From: Candidatus Falkowbacteria bacterium CG10_big_fil_rev_8_21_14_0_10_43_10
GTDB taxonomy: Bacteria > Patescibacteriota > Patescibacteriia > Patescibacteriales > XYC2-FULL-47-12
NCBI GenBank assembly: GCA_002773655.1
Contig: PFAR01000024.1
Span: forward strand, 25,986 to 57,671
Direction of reading: 5' to 3'
DNA length: 31,686 nt
The notes below the pieces were generated by a model. It was given only the letters and a program-made list of their open reading frames with translations. It did no database searches and was not told the DNA's origin. The position numbers and the translations under genes were made by a program. This document shows positions 1-7,820 of this stretch, in pieces. Each line of letters begins with the position of its first letter. The first letter of the stretch is position 1.

Positions 1-180
1 CTATTTTATTTTATTTTTCGCCTGCGCATCCGGCTGGCTAAAATGGAAAACGACATCACAAAAATTGTTAGGGAGATTGCAGTAGGGAAAAAAGATAAAA
101 TATAATCCAAATCCACAAATTTCATCCAAATATTACAAATGTAATAAATAATTTGTGGATTTGGATTATATAAAGAGGCT

Positions 181-1236
181 ATGAAAAAAATTGGAATCAT
201 CATCGTCAATTATAAAGATTACGCCCAAAAATTTTTAGAAGACTGCGTTAAGAGTTTAAGAGCGCAGAGATGCTCTGATTTTTTATTCAAAATTTACATA
301 ATTGATAATTGTTTCACCGACGAATCCATCGCTTATTTGAAGGAAAAAGCGCCGGAAGCCGAAGTAATATTAAGAAGCGACGGCAATTACAGCGCCGCTA
401 ACCGGGCGGGGGTAAAGCAGGCGCTTGAGGACGGTTGCAGCCATGTCGTAATCGCGAATATGGATGTGGTTTTTGCCAACCATTGGCTGCGGGAATTACT
501 TGAAACAGCGGATTCTTCTCTGGAGATAGGCATCGCCCAGTCAAAAATTATGCTGTGGTCGGAGAGAGAAAAGATAAACAGCGCAGGGAATGTTTTACAC
601 TTCTTAGGTTTTGGATTTACGCGCGGCTATCAAGAAATAGACGAAGGACAATATAATAGTATAGGCGAGATTTCCGGCTATGCTTCCGGCAGTTCATTTA
701 TTATTAAGAGGGAAGTGTTGGAAAAAATTGGCAACTATGACGCTGAATATTACATGTACCATGATGATTTGGAAATGGGCTGGCGCGCCAGACTGGCGGG
801 CTACAAAATAACGCTGTCGCCAAATTCCGTAGTTTACCACAAATATGAATTCAGCCGCAGCATTAAAATGCTCTATTATATGGAACGCAACCGTTATATC
901 GCTGTTTTTTCCTTTTATAAATTGCCGACGTTATTATTAGTTTTGCCGCCGCTGTTAGCGATGGATATTGGCATGCTGGGCTATTCCATCGCGAATAAAT
1001 GGTTTTTAATCAAGTTGAAAGTATATTTATATTTTCTTAATCCTTTTTCCTGGGCGCATATTTATCGGGCGCGCCGAAGCGTAAAAAAATACCGGAAAAT
1101 TTCCGATCGGGAAATAGCAAAGAATATCAGCGGCAAGGTGGAATTTCAGGAAATAATGAACCCAGTTTTAAAGCGTGTTGTTAATCCGGCGTTTGATTTA
1201 TATTGGAATATTGTCAGGAAGTTTATTTGGTGGTGA
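181..1236 (+). CDS. Glycosyltransferase family 2 (rhamnosyltransferase/WbbL-like)
   Basis: N-terminal IIIVNY...IIDN motif, GNYSAANRAG, DxD-like NMD, GSSFII, YMYHDDLEMGWRA and VVYH motifs typical of GT2. Confidence 0.9.
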   Translation: MKKIGIIIVNYKDYAQKFLEDCVKSLRAQRCSDFLFKIYIIDNCFTDESIAYLKEKAPEAEVILRSDGNYSAANRAGVKQALEDGCSHVVIANMDVVFANHWLRELLETADSSLEIGIAQSKIMLWSEREKINSAGNVLHFLGFGFTRGYQEIDEGQYNSIGEISGYASGSSFIIKREVLEKIGNYDAEYYMYHDDLEMGWRARLAGYKITLSPNSVVYHKYEFSRSIKMLYYMERNRYIAVFSFYKLPTLLLVLPPLLAMDIGMLGYSIANKWFLIKLKVYLYFLNPFSWAHIYRARRSVKKYRKISDREIAKNISGKVEFQEIMNPVLKRVVNPAFDLYWNIVRKFIWW

Positions 1237-1250
1237 GTATTTTTTAATAT

Positions 1251-1313
1251 TGTCATTTCTACTATTTGTGTCATTCCCGCGCCAGCGGGAATGACAGTAT
1301 TACGGGAATGACA
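1251..1313. repeat. GTCAT-type REP-like palindrome, partly duplicated
   Basis: Perfect 12-bp stem TGTCATTCCCGC-GCCA-GCGGGAATGACA at 1269-1296; extra right arm CGGGAATGACA at 1303-1313; degenerate left arm TGTCATT at 1251. Confidence 0.8.
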
Positions 1314-1315
1314 GA

Positions 1316-1744
1316 ATGAATATGATAAAGTTTATAAAACTATTGCTAATCCTGTCATGGTTGCTGCTTATATTCCTCACTTCTCATATTACTTTTCCGC
1401 CCGAGGATCCAAATAGAATCAAGCTGTGGTATGAGTACACCTATGATAAAAGCATGCATTTGATACTGTATGGTTTTTTAGCGTATTTAATCGCTAGTTT
1501 TTTAATTGAAAATAAAAAGCTAAAGTGGCAATGGATTTTTTGGGTGGCGGTTTTGTTCTGCTATTTCTACGGCATAACCGATGAGTGGCACCAGGGGTTT
1601 GTGGCCGGCCGGGGAGTAAGCTATTATGATTTATGCTTTAACGTCATCGGCGGCATAGGAGGCGCTTCATTATACAAAATATGGCGTACGGACGGCAGTA
1701 ATCGCGGTTGGTATGCGAGGGAAATGCACGGCAAAACAGTATGA
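1316..1744 (+). CDS. VanZ-family membrane protein
   Basis: DKSMHLILYG and YGITDEWHQGFVAGRGVSYYDLCFN match the VanZ DK..H...Y / E..Q.F..GR..S..D...N pattern; several TM segments. Confidence 0.85.
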   Translation: MNMIKFIKLLLILSWLLLIFLTSHITFPPEDPNRIKLWYEYTYDKSMHLILYGFLAYLIASFLIENKKLKWQWIFWVAVLFCYFYGITDEWHQGFVAGRGVSYYDLCFNVIGGIGGASLYKIWRTDGSNRGWYAREMHGKTV

Positions 1745-1783
1745 TATGCTGATTTTGTCAATATTTTATTAAAATAAGGCTTA

Positions 1784-1792
1784 TGTTATAAT
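1784..1792 (+). promoter_or_regulatory. Extended -10 promoter (TGtTATAAT) of pilT
   Basis: TG at 1784-85 plus a perfect TATAAT at 1787-92, 6 nt before the ATG at 1799. Confidence 0.6.
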
Positions 1793-1798
1793 AAAAAT

Positions 1799-2842
1799 AT
1801 GAATATTCAAAATTACTTTAAAACAGCCATAGAAAAAGGAGCGGCTGACCTTCATTTGGTTGGCGGTTCAAAATCAACCCTGCGCATCGGCGAGCAGTTA
1901 ATTCCGGTTAGCGAAACTCTTTTAGATAATAAAGAACTGCGGGAAGCGGTTTTTACCTTGCTGGACGAGAAGCAAAAAGAGCATTTTTTAAAGAATAAAG
2001 AGTTGGATTTCGGCAAAGAAATTTTAGGGCAGAGATTCAGAATAAATTTGCATTTTCAGGAGGGAAAAGTTGGCTTGACCGCCCGGGTTATAGCCAAGGA
2101 AGTGCCATCGCCCGATAAATTGGGATTCACGGAAAATTTATACGGCCTGACACATTTGCGCGACGGCCTTATTTTAGTTGTGGGGACGTCGGGCAGCGGC
2201 AAGTCTTCTACTTTGGCCGCCATGATAGATATTATTAACGCGGAGCGCAAAGCGCATATTATCACCATTGAAGATCCGATTGAGTTTTTATTCAAGGAAA
2301 AGCAAAGCATAATTGAGCAAAGGGAGCTAGGCAACGATACGCGATCTTTTGCCGCCGCCTTAAAATCAGCTTTGCGCCAGGACCCGAACGTGATTATGGT
2401 CGGCGAAATGCGGGATAAAGAAACCATATCCGGCGCTTTAACTGCCGCGGAAACCGGGCATCTGGTTTTATCAACGCTGCATACCTCAAACGCCCCGGAG
2501 ACGATTCAGCGCGTTATTGATTCTTATCCGTCGGACAAAAAAAACCAAATTTTAAACCAGCTGGCCTCTAATTTGCGGGCCGTAATCGCCCAGGAATTAT
2601 TGCCGGCCAAAGAGGGAGGCCGAGTGGCGGTCAGGGAGATTATGATTAATAATTCCGCCATTTCCAATTTAATAAAGAATAATGATATCGCGCAAATAAT
2701 ATCCACTATCCAGACCAGCGGCGCCGAAGGAATGGTTACCATGAACCAGTCAATCGATAAATTGTTGGTCGCCGGCATCATTGATCAAAAAGTGGCGGAA
2801 AACAGAAAGAGGAATTTGGAAACAAAGTCTGTATATTACTAG
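1799..2842 (+). CDS. pilT: Type IV pilus retraction ATPase PilT/PilU family
   Basis: AADLHL, Walker A GTSGSGKSST, Asp box ITIEDPIE, ALRQDPNVIMVGEMRD, His box AAETGHLVLSTLHT. Confidence 0.93.
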   Translation: MNIQNYFKTAIEKGAADLHLVGGSKSTLRIGEQLIPVSETLLDNKELREAVFTLLDEKQKEHFLKNKELDFGKEILGQRFRINLHFQEGKVGLTARVIAKEVPSPDKLGFTENLYGLTHLRDGLILVVGTSGSGKSSTLAAMIDIINAERKAHIITIEDPIEFLFKEKQSIIEQRELGNDTRSFAAALKSALRQDPNVIMVGEMRDKETISGALTAAETGHLVLSTLHTSNAPETIQRVIDSYPSDKKNQILNQLASNLRAVIAQELLPAKEGGRVAVREIMINNSAISNLIKNNDIAQIISTIQTSGAEGMVTMNQSIDKLLVAGIIDQKVAENRKRNLETKSVYY

Positions 2843-2849
2843 TGCAAAA

Positions 2850-2893
2850 TAGCGAATTTTAATGCGAACCTACGAGCTATCGAATTACTAAAT
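2850..2893 (+). repeat. Degenerate TAC(G/T)AAT/GCGAAT tandem arm upstream of the GxxExxY remnant
   Basis: gcgaattttaatgcgaacctacgagctatcgaattactaaat resembles the TACAAAT arm at 24449-24483. Confidence 0.55.
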
Positions 2894-2896
2894 TGT

Positions 2897-3055
2897 ATGG
2901 GGGAGGATAAGATAATTTATGAGAGACTATCGTACGAAATAGTAGGCGCTTGTTTTAAAGTACATAAATTGCTTGGCAGATTCTGCAGGGAAAAACAGTA
3001 TTATGAATATAGAAAAATGGCAAAACATAGTCGGTATGATAAAGGACCAGTTTAA
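2897..3055 (+). pseudogene. Truncated GxxExxY protein (N-terminal ~35 aa only), absent from the ORF track
   Basis: Translates MGEDKIIYERLSYEIVGACFKVHKLLGRFCREKQY, aligning with IYPRLSYKIVGILFDVFNELGYGYQEKFY of the 24492 protein; it then runs out of frame into the next gene and stops at 3053-55. Confidence 0.8.
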
Positions 3056-3341
3056 GGTTGAAGATGAGGGGAAGGAAGAGCTGGATGACGTTCCAAATGG
3101 TACGATAGAATTTATTATTTTTCAGGGACCGTTAGGAAAAATGAGGCTGGAATATACGGTTAAACCGGTGGTATTGGATAAAAAGACAATCGGCTCGCGT
3201 CGAATCGGTTCCGAAACTACCGTGGAATATATTTATAGCGAAGATGAAATGTCTCAGACCTTTAAAGCCTATAAATGGGATGACGACCGGGATGATTGGG
3301 TGGAGATTGAACAAGAAAGGCTGGGGGCGTTTACGGCGTAA
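3003..3341 (+). CDS. Hypothetical protein (acidic, 112 aa; likely start MNIEKW at 3003)
   Basis: Open frame with protein-like composition; the upstream in-frame TTG lies inside the GxxExxY remnant. Confidence 0.7.
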   Translation: MNIEKWQNIVGMIKDQFKVEDEGKEELDDVPNGTIEFIIFQGPLGKMRLEYTVKPVVLDKKTIGSRRIGSETTVEYIYSEDEMSQTFKAYKWDDDRDDWVEIEQERLGAFTA

Positions 3342-3349
3342 AAATCTGA

Positions 3350-3458
3350 AATTTTCAATGATCAATTTTCATTTAATTTACAATTTTCAATTTCCAAAAT
3401 GTTTGGACATTGAAAATTAAAATATTGAAAATTGATTGAAAATTGGAAATTGAAAATT
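3350..3458. repeat. Empty inverted heptamer-array element (TTTTCAA arms / TTGAAAA arms)
   Basis: Perfect 16-bp IR AATTTTCAATTTCCAA (3382-97) / TTGGAAATTGAAAATT (3443-58) and 11-bp IR at 3350-60 / 3408-18. Confidence 0.8.
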
Positions 3459-3914
3459 ATGAGAACAATTATCCAGCGAGTTAAAAAGGCATCTGTAAAA
3501 GTGGAGGGTGAAATAATAGGTGAAATAAGGCAGGGATTGTTAGTTTTATTGGCGGTGCATGAAGATGACACGGAAAAAGATATAGAGTGGATGGCAGGCA
3601 AGGTCATGAATTTGCGCATCTTTGGAGATGACCAGCAAAAGATAAATAAATCTGTGCAAGATGTAGGCGGTGAAATTCTCGTAGTTTCGCAGTTTACGCT
3701 GTACGGGGACTGTAAAAAAGGGAATCGCCCGTCTTTTATTAAGAGCGCCCGGCCGGAAAAAGCGAAAGAGTGTTATGAAAAATTTGTGGCAAAAATAAAA
3801 GAGACAGGGGTAAAGACTGAGACTGGAAAATTTCAAGAGCATATGGAGGTGGAATTAGTTAACGACGGGCCGACAACGATTATTATTGAAAGTCAGAAAG
3901 TTGAAAGTTTATAA
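3459..3914 (+). CDS. dtd: D-aminoacyl-tRNA deacylase
   Basis: MRTIIQRVKKASVKV, LRIF, VSQFTLYGD, KGNRPSF, NDGP motifs; start set at ATG 3459 after the repeat. Confidence 0.95.
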   Translation: MRTIIQRVKKASVKVEGEIIGEIRQGLLVLLAVHEDDTEKDIEWMAGKVMNLRIFGDDQQKINKSVQDVGGEILVVSQFTLYGDCKKGNRPSFIKSARPEKAKECYEKFVAKIKETGVKTETGKFQEHMEVELVNDGPTTIIIESQKVESL

Positions 3915-3925
3915 AGTTAAAAGTT
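3888..3925 (+). repeat. Solo AAAGTT tandem arm overlapping the dtd 3' end
   Basis: Five AAAGT units spaced 7-9 nt apart. Confidence 0.55.
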
Positions 3926-4006
3926 ATGAAAATTATAGTTGGTTCAACCAATCCGGTTAAAATTGATGCGGTTAGGGAAATTATTAAAGATTTGTATAAA
4001 TTATAA
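3926..4006 (+). pseudogene. 26-codon remnant of an inosine/xanthosine triphosphatase (YjjX / NTPase I-T family)
   Basis: Translates MKIIVGSTNPVKIDAVREII, the characteristic GSTNPVK...AV N-terminal motif, then stops at 4004-06. Confidence 0.7.
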
Positions 4007-4011
4007 AAACT

Positions 4012-4449
4012 ATGTTTATTGTTGGAGCTTTTGTGACAATATTTGACGAACAAAAAAGAGTTTTGCTTTGCCACCGGTGCGATTATGATTTATGGAATTT
4101 GCCTGGCGGCAGAGTAGAAAGCAGAGAAACGCCGTGGGATGCGGCTAAACGAGAAGTAAAAGAAGAAACAGGTTTGGAAGTTTCTATTGAACGTCTAAGT
4201 GGAGTTTATAGCAAGCCGGAAGAAGATGATGTGGTTTTTAATTTTGTCAGTAGAATTATTGGAGGGAAAATTACATTATCTGACGAAGCGGATGAAATTA
4301 AATATTTTGACATTAATAATTTGCCGAAAAATACAGTTCCCAAACAAGTGGAACGAATACGGGATGCTTTAGATTGTAAAAGCGAAGTAAGATTAAAAAC
4401 GCAAACAGGATTGGGCGCTATTGAATTAGTTAAACAAGGAAAATTATAA
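4012..4449 (+). CDS. Nudix hydrolase
   Basis: Nudix box GGRVESRETPWDAAKREVKEETGL fits GX5EX7REUXEEXGU. Confidence 0.92.
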   Translation: MFIVGAFVTIFDEQKRVLLCHRCDYDLWNLPGGRVESRETPWDAAKREVKEETGLEVSIERLSGVYSKPEEDDVVFNFVSRIIGGKITLSDEADEIKYFDINNLPKNTVPKQVERIRDALDCKSEVRLKTQTGLGAIELVKQGKL

Positions 4450-4468
4450 TATTTATTCACTAAGGAGG

Positions 4469-4530
4469 AATAAATACTGTAAGTTACAAGTCTTAAAACT
4501 TAAAGCTTAAAACTTACAACTAAATAAATA
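4469..4530. mobile_element. 46-bp heptamer-array insertion (4477-4522) flanked by the 8-bp direct repeat AATAAATA
   Basis: CTTAAAA-CTTAAAG-CTTAAAA-CTTACAA at 4492-4519; IR TGTAAGTT/AACTTACA; AATAAATA at 4469-76 and 4523-30. Confidence 0.6.
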
Positions 4531-4531
4531 T

Positions 4532-5287
4532 ATGAACATCATTCCAATCATTGTCGGTGTAGTAGTATTAGCCATCGCCATTCTGCGCCAGATTAACCAG
4601 TACGAGCGCGGTGTTTTATTTACTATGGGAAAATTCTCCAACGTGGCCGATCCGGGATGGCGTATTGTCATTCCCGTTTTTCAGTTTATGAAAAAAGTGG
4701 ATTTGCGTATTAAAGCGGTGGATGTGCCAGACCAGAAAGCGATTACCAAAGATAATATTTCCGTTACTGTGAATGCCGTAATTTATTATAAAGTGGCTGA
4801 CGCCGAGAAAGCGGTAATTGCAGTAGAGGATTTTCGCTACGCCATGAGCCAGCTGGCCCAGACCACCATGCGAAATATCGTCGGCGAGATCAGTCTCGAC
4901 GAACTTTTAGCGGAGAGGGAGAAAACATCGGAGAGGATTCGCGATATTGTGGATAAAATTTCCGACGCCTGGGGCATAAAAGTGGAAAACGTAGAATTAA
5001 AAGACGTTAGTTTGCCGGCGGATATGGAACGCACGATTGCCAAGCAGGCCGAGGCGGAGCGGGAAAAAAGGGCGGTAATTATTAAGGCCGAAGGCGAGGT
5101 CGCGTCCGCCGAAAACATGGCCAAAGCCGCGCGCATACTGGCCGCTTCCGACGGCGCCCTGCATTTGCGCACTTTACAGTCAATTAATGACATCAGTTCC
5201 GACCAATCCAATACGGTCGTTTTTGCCGTTCCGCTCGAAGTATTGCGGGCGTTTGAATCTTTTAATAAGCGTAATTCAGAAAAATAA
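4532..5287 (+). CDS. SPFH/band 7 (stomatin/QmcA-like) membrane protein
   Basis: N-terminal TM helix, QYERGVLF.MGK, VDLR, ITKDNISVTVNAV, AQTTMRNIVG, AEAEREKRA, ALHLRTLQ. Confidence 0.92.
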   Translation: MNIIPIIVGVVVLAIAILRQINQYERGVLFTMGKFSNVADPGWRIVIPVFQFMKKVDLRIKAVDVPDQKAITKDNISVTVNAVIYYKVADAEKAVIAVEDFRYAMSQLAQTTMRNIVGEISLDELLAEREKTSERIRDIVDKISDAWGIKVENVELKDVSLPADMERTIAKQAEAEREKRAVIIKAEGEVASAENMAKAARILAASDGALHLRTLQSINDISSDQSNTVVFAVPLEVLRAFESFNKRNSEK

Positions 5288-5291
5288 ATTT

Positions 5292-5693
5292 ATGAAAAGT
5301 AAAAAAGGAGGAATAATTTTTTTCATTATTATCTCAGTTGTTTTTATTTTGCTGGTTTTTATTTATCAAAACAAAGGTGTTATTCAGGATAGGATAGAAG
5401 AAAAACCAGCGGTTGATTTGCAAAAAATGGCTGGAGAATATAAAGAAAGCATAAAGTTGATCAAGCCGTTATATGAAGATTTAATCAGCCGGGCAAATGA
5501 AAATTTGCAAGATAAGAAGGCAATAAATAATCTAAGATCCAAGCTTTTAGAGCTTAAAATGCCCGCTGAATTCAGGGAAGCGCATGTGGAGTTAGTTTTA
5601 CTGCTGGACAAGATAGAACAAGGAATTTCAGGCGAAGAGGCGAAAGAAAAATTTAAAGAGATTATCGAGCGGTATGAATGGCTCAATTTTTAA
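5292..5693 (+). CDS. Hypothetical membrane-anchored helical protein (start MKSKKGG at 5292)
   Basis: Basic N-terminus, single TM helix, helical soluble part; starts 4 nt after the SPFH stop. Confidence 0.7.
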   Translation: MKSKKGGIIFFIIISVVFILLVFIYQNKGVIQDRIEEKPAVDLQKMAGEYKESIKLIKPLYEDLISRANENLQDKKAINNLRSKLLELKMPAEFREAHVELVLLLDKIEQGISGEEAKEKFKEIIERYEWLNF

Positions 5694-5735
5694 TTATTAT
5701 TTTTCATTTTTACTTTCTCCTTTTTCATTTTTATT

Positions 5736-6494
5736 ATGCTTAATCGTTTTATTCCAATATTTTTATCCCTAATATTTTTTACCGGCTGGGAAACTATTGT
5801 TTTTAATCCCCGCTATTTTTTCGCGGCGTTAGCCATAATTGTCGCGGCATTGCTGTTTTTGGCCGTTAAAATAAATAAATTGCGCGTTAAAGACAGGGAT
5901 TTTTGGCTGCTCTTGACGCCCTGCCTTTTTTTAGTTAGCTTAACAACAGTATTTTTGCTGTTTTTAAACTACAACTGGACTAAGCATCTACTAATAATTT
6001 TAACGGCGGCGGCCTGCTATTACTTTTTAAATTATCTTTATAATTTAATCAATCGCATTACCAACTACCGGCCGCTCAGCCTGGAGAGCGCCTCCTCATT
6101 TTTTAATGTTGTCAGCTATTTATTTTTAGGCGTCAGCGTCTATGGATTGATTAATCTGCTGAATTTAAGCCTGTGGATATTGGCTTTAGCGGTAATAGCC
6201 GTAACCTTTATTTTAACCTATCAATTTTTTTGGATTAACAAAATAGATGAAAACAGCATCTTGTCCGCTTCCATTTTAGTAAGTATTATTATGATTGAAT
6301 TTTTTTGGGCTCTTTCAATTTTTCCCGTGTCGCATTTTATCAGCGGACTGTCGCTGGCCATTATTTATTATGTTATTATTAATTTATCCTTGCTGCATTT
6401 TATTGAAAAATTAAACCGGAAAGCCGTTAGACTCTATCTCGCCGTCGGATTAATCTGCATATTTATAATTTTATTATCGGCCCAATGGCTGTAG
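5736..6494 (+). CDS. Polytopic membrane protein (possibly DUF5656-like)
   Basis: About eight hydrophobic segments; the family guess comes from recall of CPR gene order only. Confidence 0.7.
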   Translation: MLNRFIPIFLSLIFFTGWETIVFNPRYFFAALAIIVAALLFLAVKINKLRVKDRDFWLLLTPCLFLVSLTTVFLLFLNYNWTKHLLIILTAAACYYFLNYLYNLINRITNYRPLSLESASSFFNVVSYLFLGVSVYGLINLLNLSLWILALAVIAVTFILTYQFFWINKIDENSILSASILVSIIMIEFFWALSIFPVSHFISGLSLAIIYYVIINLSLLHFIEKLNRKAVRLYLAVGLICIFIILLSAQWL

Positions 6495-6625
6495 TTCAAA
6501 TAAAATTTTAATAGTTAAAAAGGCCAGAGAACCTTTAATTCGAATCCGTTGTACGGACTTAAATGTACTTGCTAGAATGCGAATGCCGCGAAAAAATTTG
6601 ATGAATATTTTTAAAATTTCTACCT

Positions 6626-7735
6626 ATGTCTAAAAGGTACAAAATAACAATTTTAATTATATCAATATTATTAAGCCTGCTTGGCGGCATTATCGGCGGC
6701 GTTTTAGTCAGGTCTTATTTTGTTAATTCCCCGGTCGGCATTCCCCTGTTCGGAGACATTAACTTGGGCCGGGAGTACCAGCCAGGAAGCGTTATTATCA
6801 GCCAGCCGAAAAAAGTTGTCGTTGAACAGGATGACCGCCTTAGAAACGTTATTGATGAAGTTCAAAGGAAGATTGTGGATTTGTATGTAAAAAAGGATAC
6901 CAGCCAGGCAGAAATTAAATTTAATATAAATAATTATTATTTGCCGAAAGACCGGGCCGGCGAGGGATTAATTTTAACCAATGACGGCTGGATCGTTACG
7001 CCGGTTAAAGTCGGCCAGCCGGGAGGCTTTATTGCTGTGGATCATGAAGGAAAAATTATAGACATAGAAGAATCATTTTTTGACAAAGAAAGCGGCTACT
7101 ATTTCATAAAAGCAGGATCGCGGAATCTGGCGGCCGCGCAATTCGCCGAAGATTCTGATATCTCAGCCGGTCAGATGCTGGTGGCGATCGGGACTGAAGA
7201 GGCGCAACTGGCCCATATTGAAAACGCCAGCTATTATAACGGTCCGTTAGTTAAATCAAGCGAGCGTTTTTATCGGTTTATAAAAATAGACAACAGCCTT
7301 TTGGAAAAAGGAGATATAATATTTAATTTAAACAGTTCAGTCGTCGGGTTATATTCCGAAAAGGGCCTGATTACTCCGATTAGCCAATTTACGAATCTTT
7401 TGCCCGGCCTGTTAAGCGGAAAAAAAATCAGCCGGCCTTTGCTGGGGGCAAGATATATAAATCTTAGCGACTTAATCGGCGAAGAAGAACTCAAAGGGGC
7501 GTTAATTTCCAGAGACGTAAATGGCATAGCAACAGTTAAATCCAGCCCGGCCGCCGAGGCTGGGCTGAAGGAAGGTGATATTATTTTAGAGGTTGACGGC
7601 TTAAAAATAGAAAAAGACAACACCCTAAGCAAATTTATCCAAGGCTATCAGGCGGGCCAGGAAATAGAATTAAAGGTTATGAGGGGTGGTGAAGAGCAGA
7701 TAAACATAAAAGTGAAGCTGGGCAGCCAAAGTTAA
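6626..7735 (+). CDS. HtrA/S1C-like trypsin fold plus PDZ, catalytic motifs degenerate
   Basis: N-terminal TM; GEGLILTNDGWIVT; C-terminal PDZ RPLLGARY...SPAAEAGLKEGDIIL; TNxH and GNSGG motifs absent. Confidence 0.82.
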   Translation: MSKRYKITILIISILLSLLGGIIGGVLVRSYFVNSPVGIPLFGDINLGREYQPGSVIISQPKKVVVEQDDRLRNVIDEVQRKIVDLYVKKDTSQAEIKFNINNYYLPKDRAGEGLILTNDGWIVTPVKVGQPGGFIAVDHEGKIIDIEESFFDKESGYYFIKAGSRNLAAAQFAEDSDISAGQMLVAIGTEEAQLAHIENASYYNGPLVKSSERFYRFIKIDNSLLEKGDIIFNLNSSVVGLYSEKGLITPISQFTNLLPGLLSGKKISRPLLGARYINLSDLIGEEELKGALISRDVNGIATVKSSPAAEAGLKEGDIILEVDGLKIEKDNTLSKFIQGYQAGQEIELKVMRGGEEQINIKVKLGSQS

Positions 7736-7748
7736 ATTCGGGCATTTT

Positions 7749-7789
7749 TAATAAAATAAACAGGGCATTGATTCCTGTTTATTTTATTA
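7749..7789. terminator. Bidirectional-type intrinsic terminator hairpin
   Basis: 16-bp perfect stem TAATAAAATAAACAGG / CCTGTTTATTTTATTA with a 9-nt loop after the HtrA-like stop. Confidence 0.7.
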
Positions 7790-7798
7790 GCTGGTTTA

Positions 7799-7807
7799 TG
7801 GTATAAT
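7799..7807 (+). promoter_or_regulatory. Extended -10 promoter (TGgTATAAT) of the pgk cluster
   Basis: TG-n-TATAAT 13 nt upstream of the pgk ATG. Confidence 0.6.
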
Positions 7808-7820
7808 ACAAACAGAGCCT

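Noticed and set aside
6-209. 67-aa minus-strand ORF (possible 39-aa membrane peptide from ATG 125)
   Set aside because: The annotated start overlaps the GT2 gene. The short hydrophobic-basic C-terminal part could be real, but there is no motif or RBS, and context is cut by the window edge.
3350-3458. Heptamer arrays as CRISPR repeats
   Set aside because: Units are ~7 nt, contiguous and without unique spacers; no cas genes in the window.
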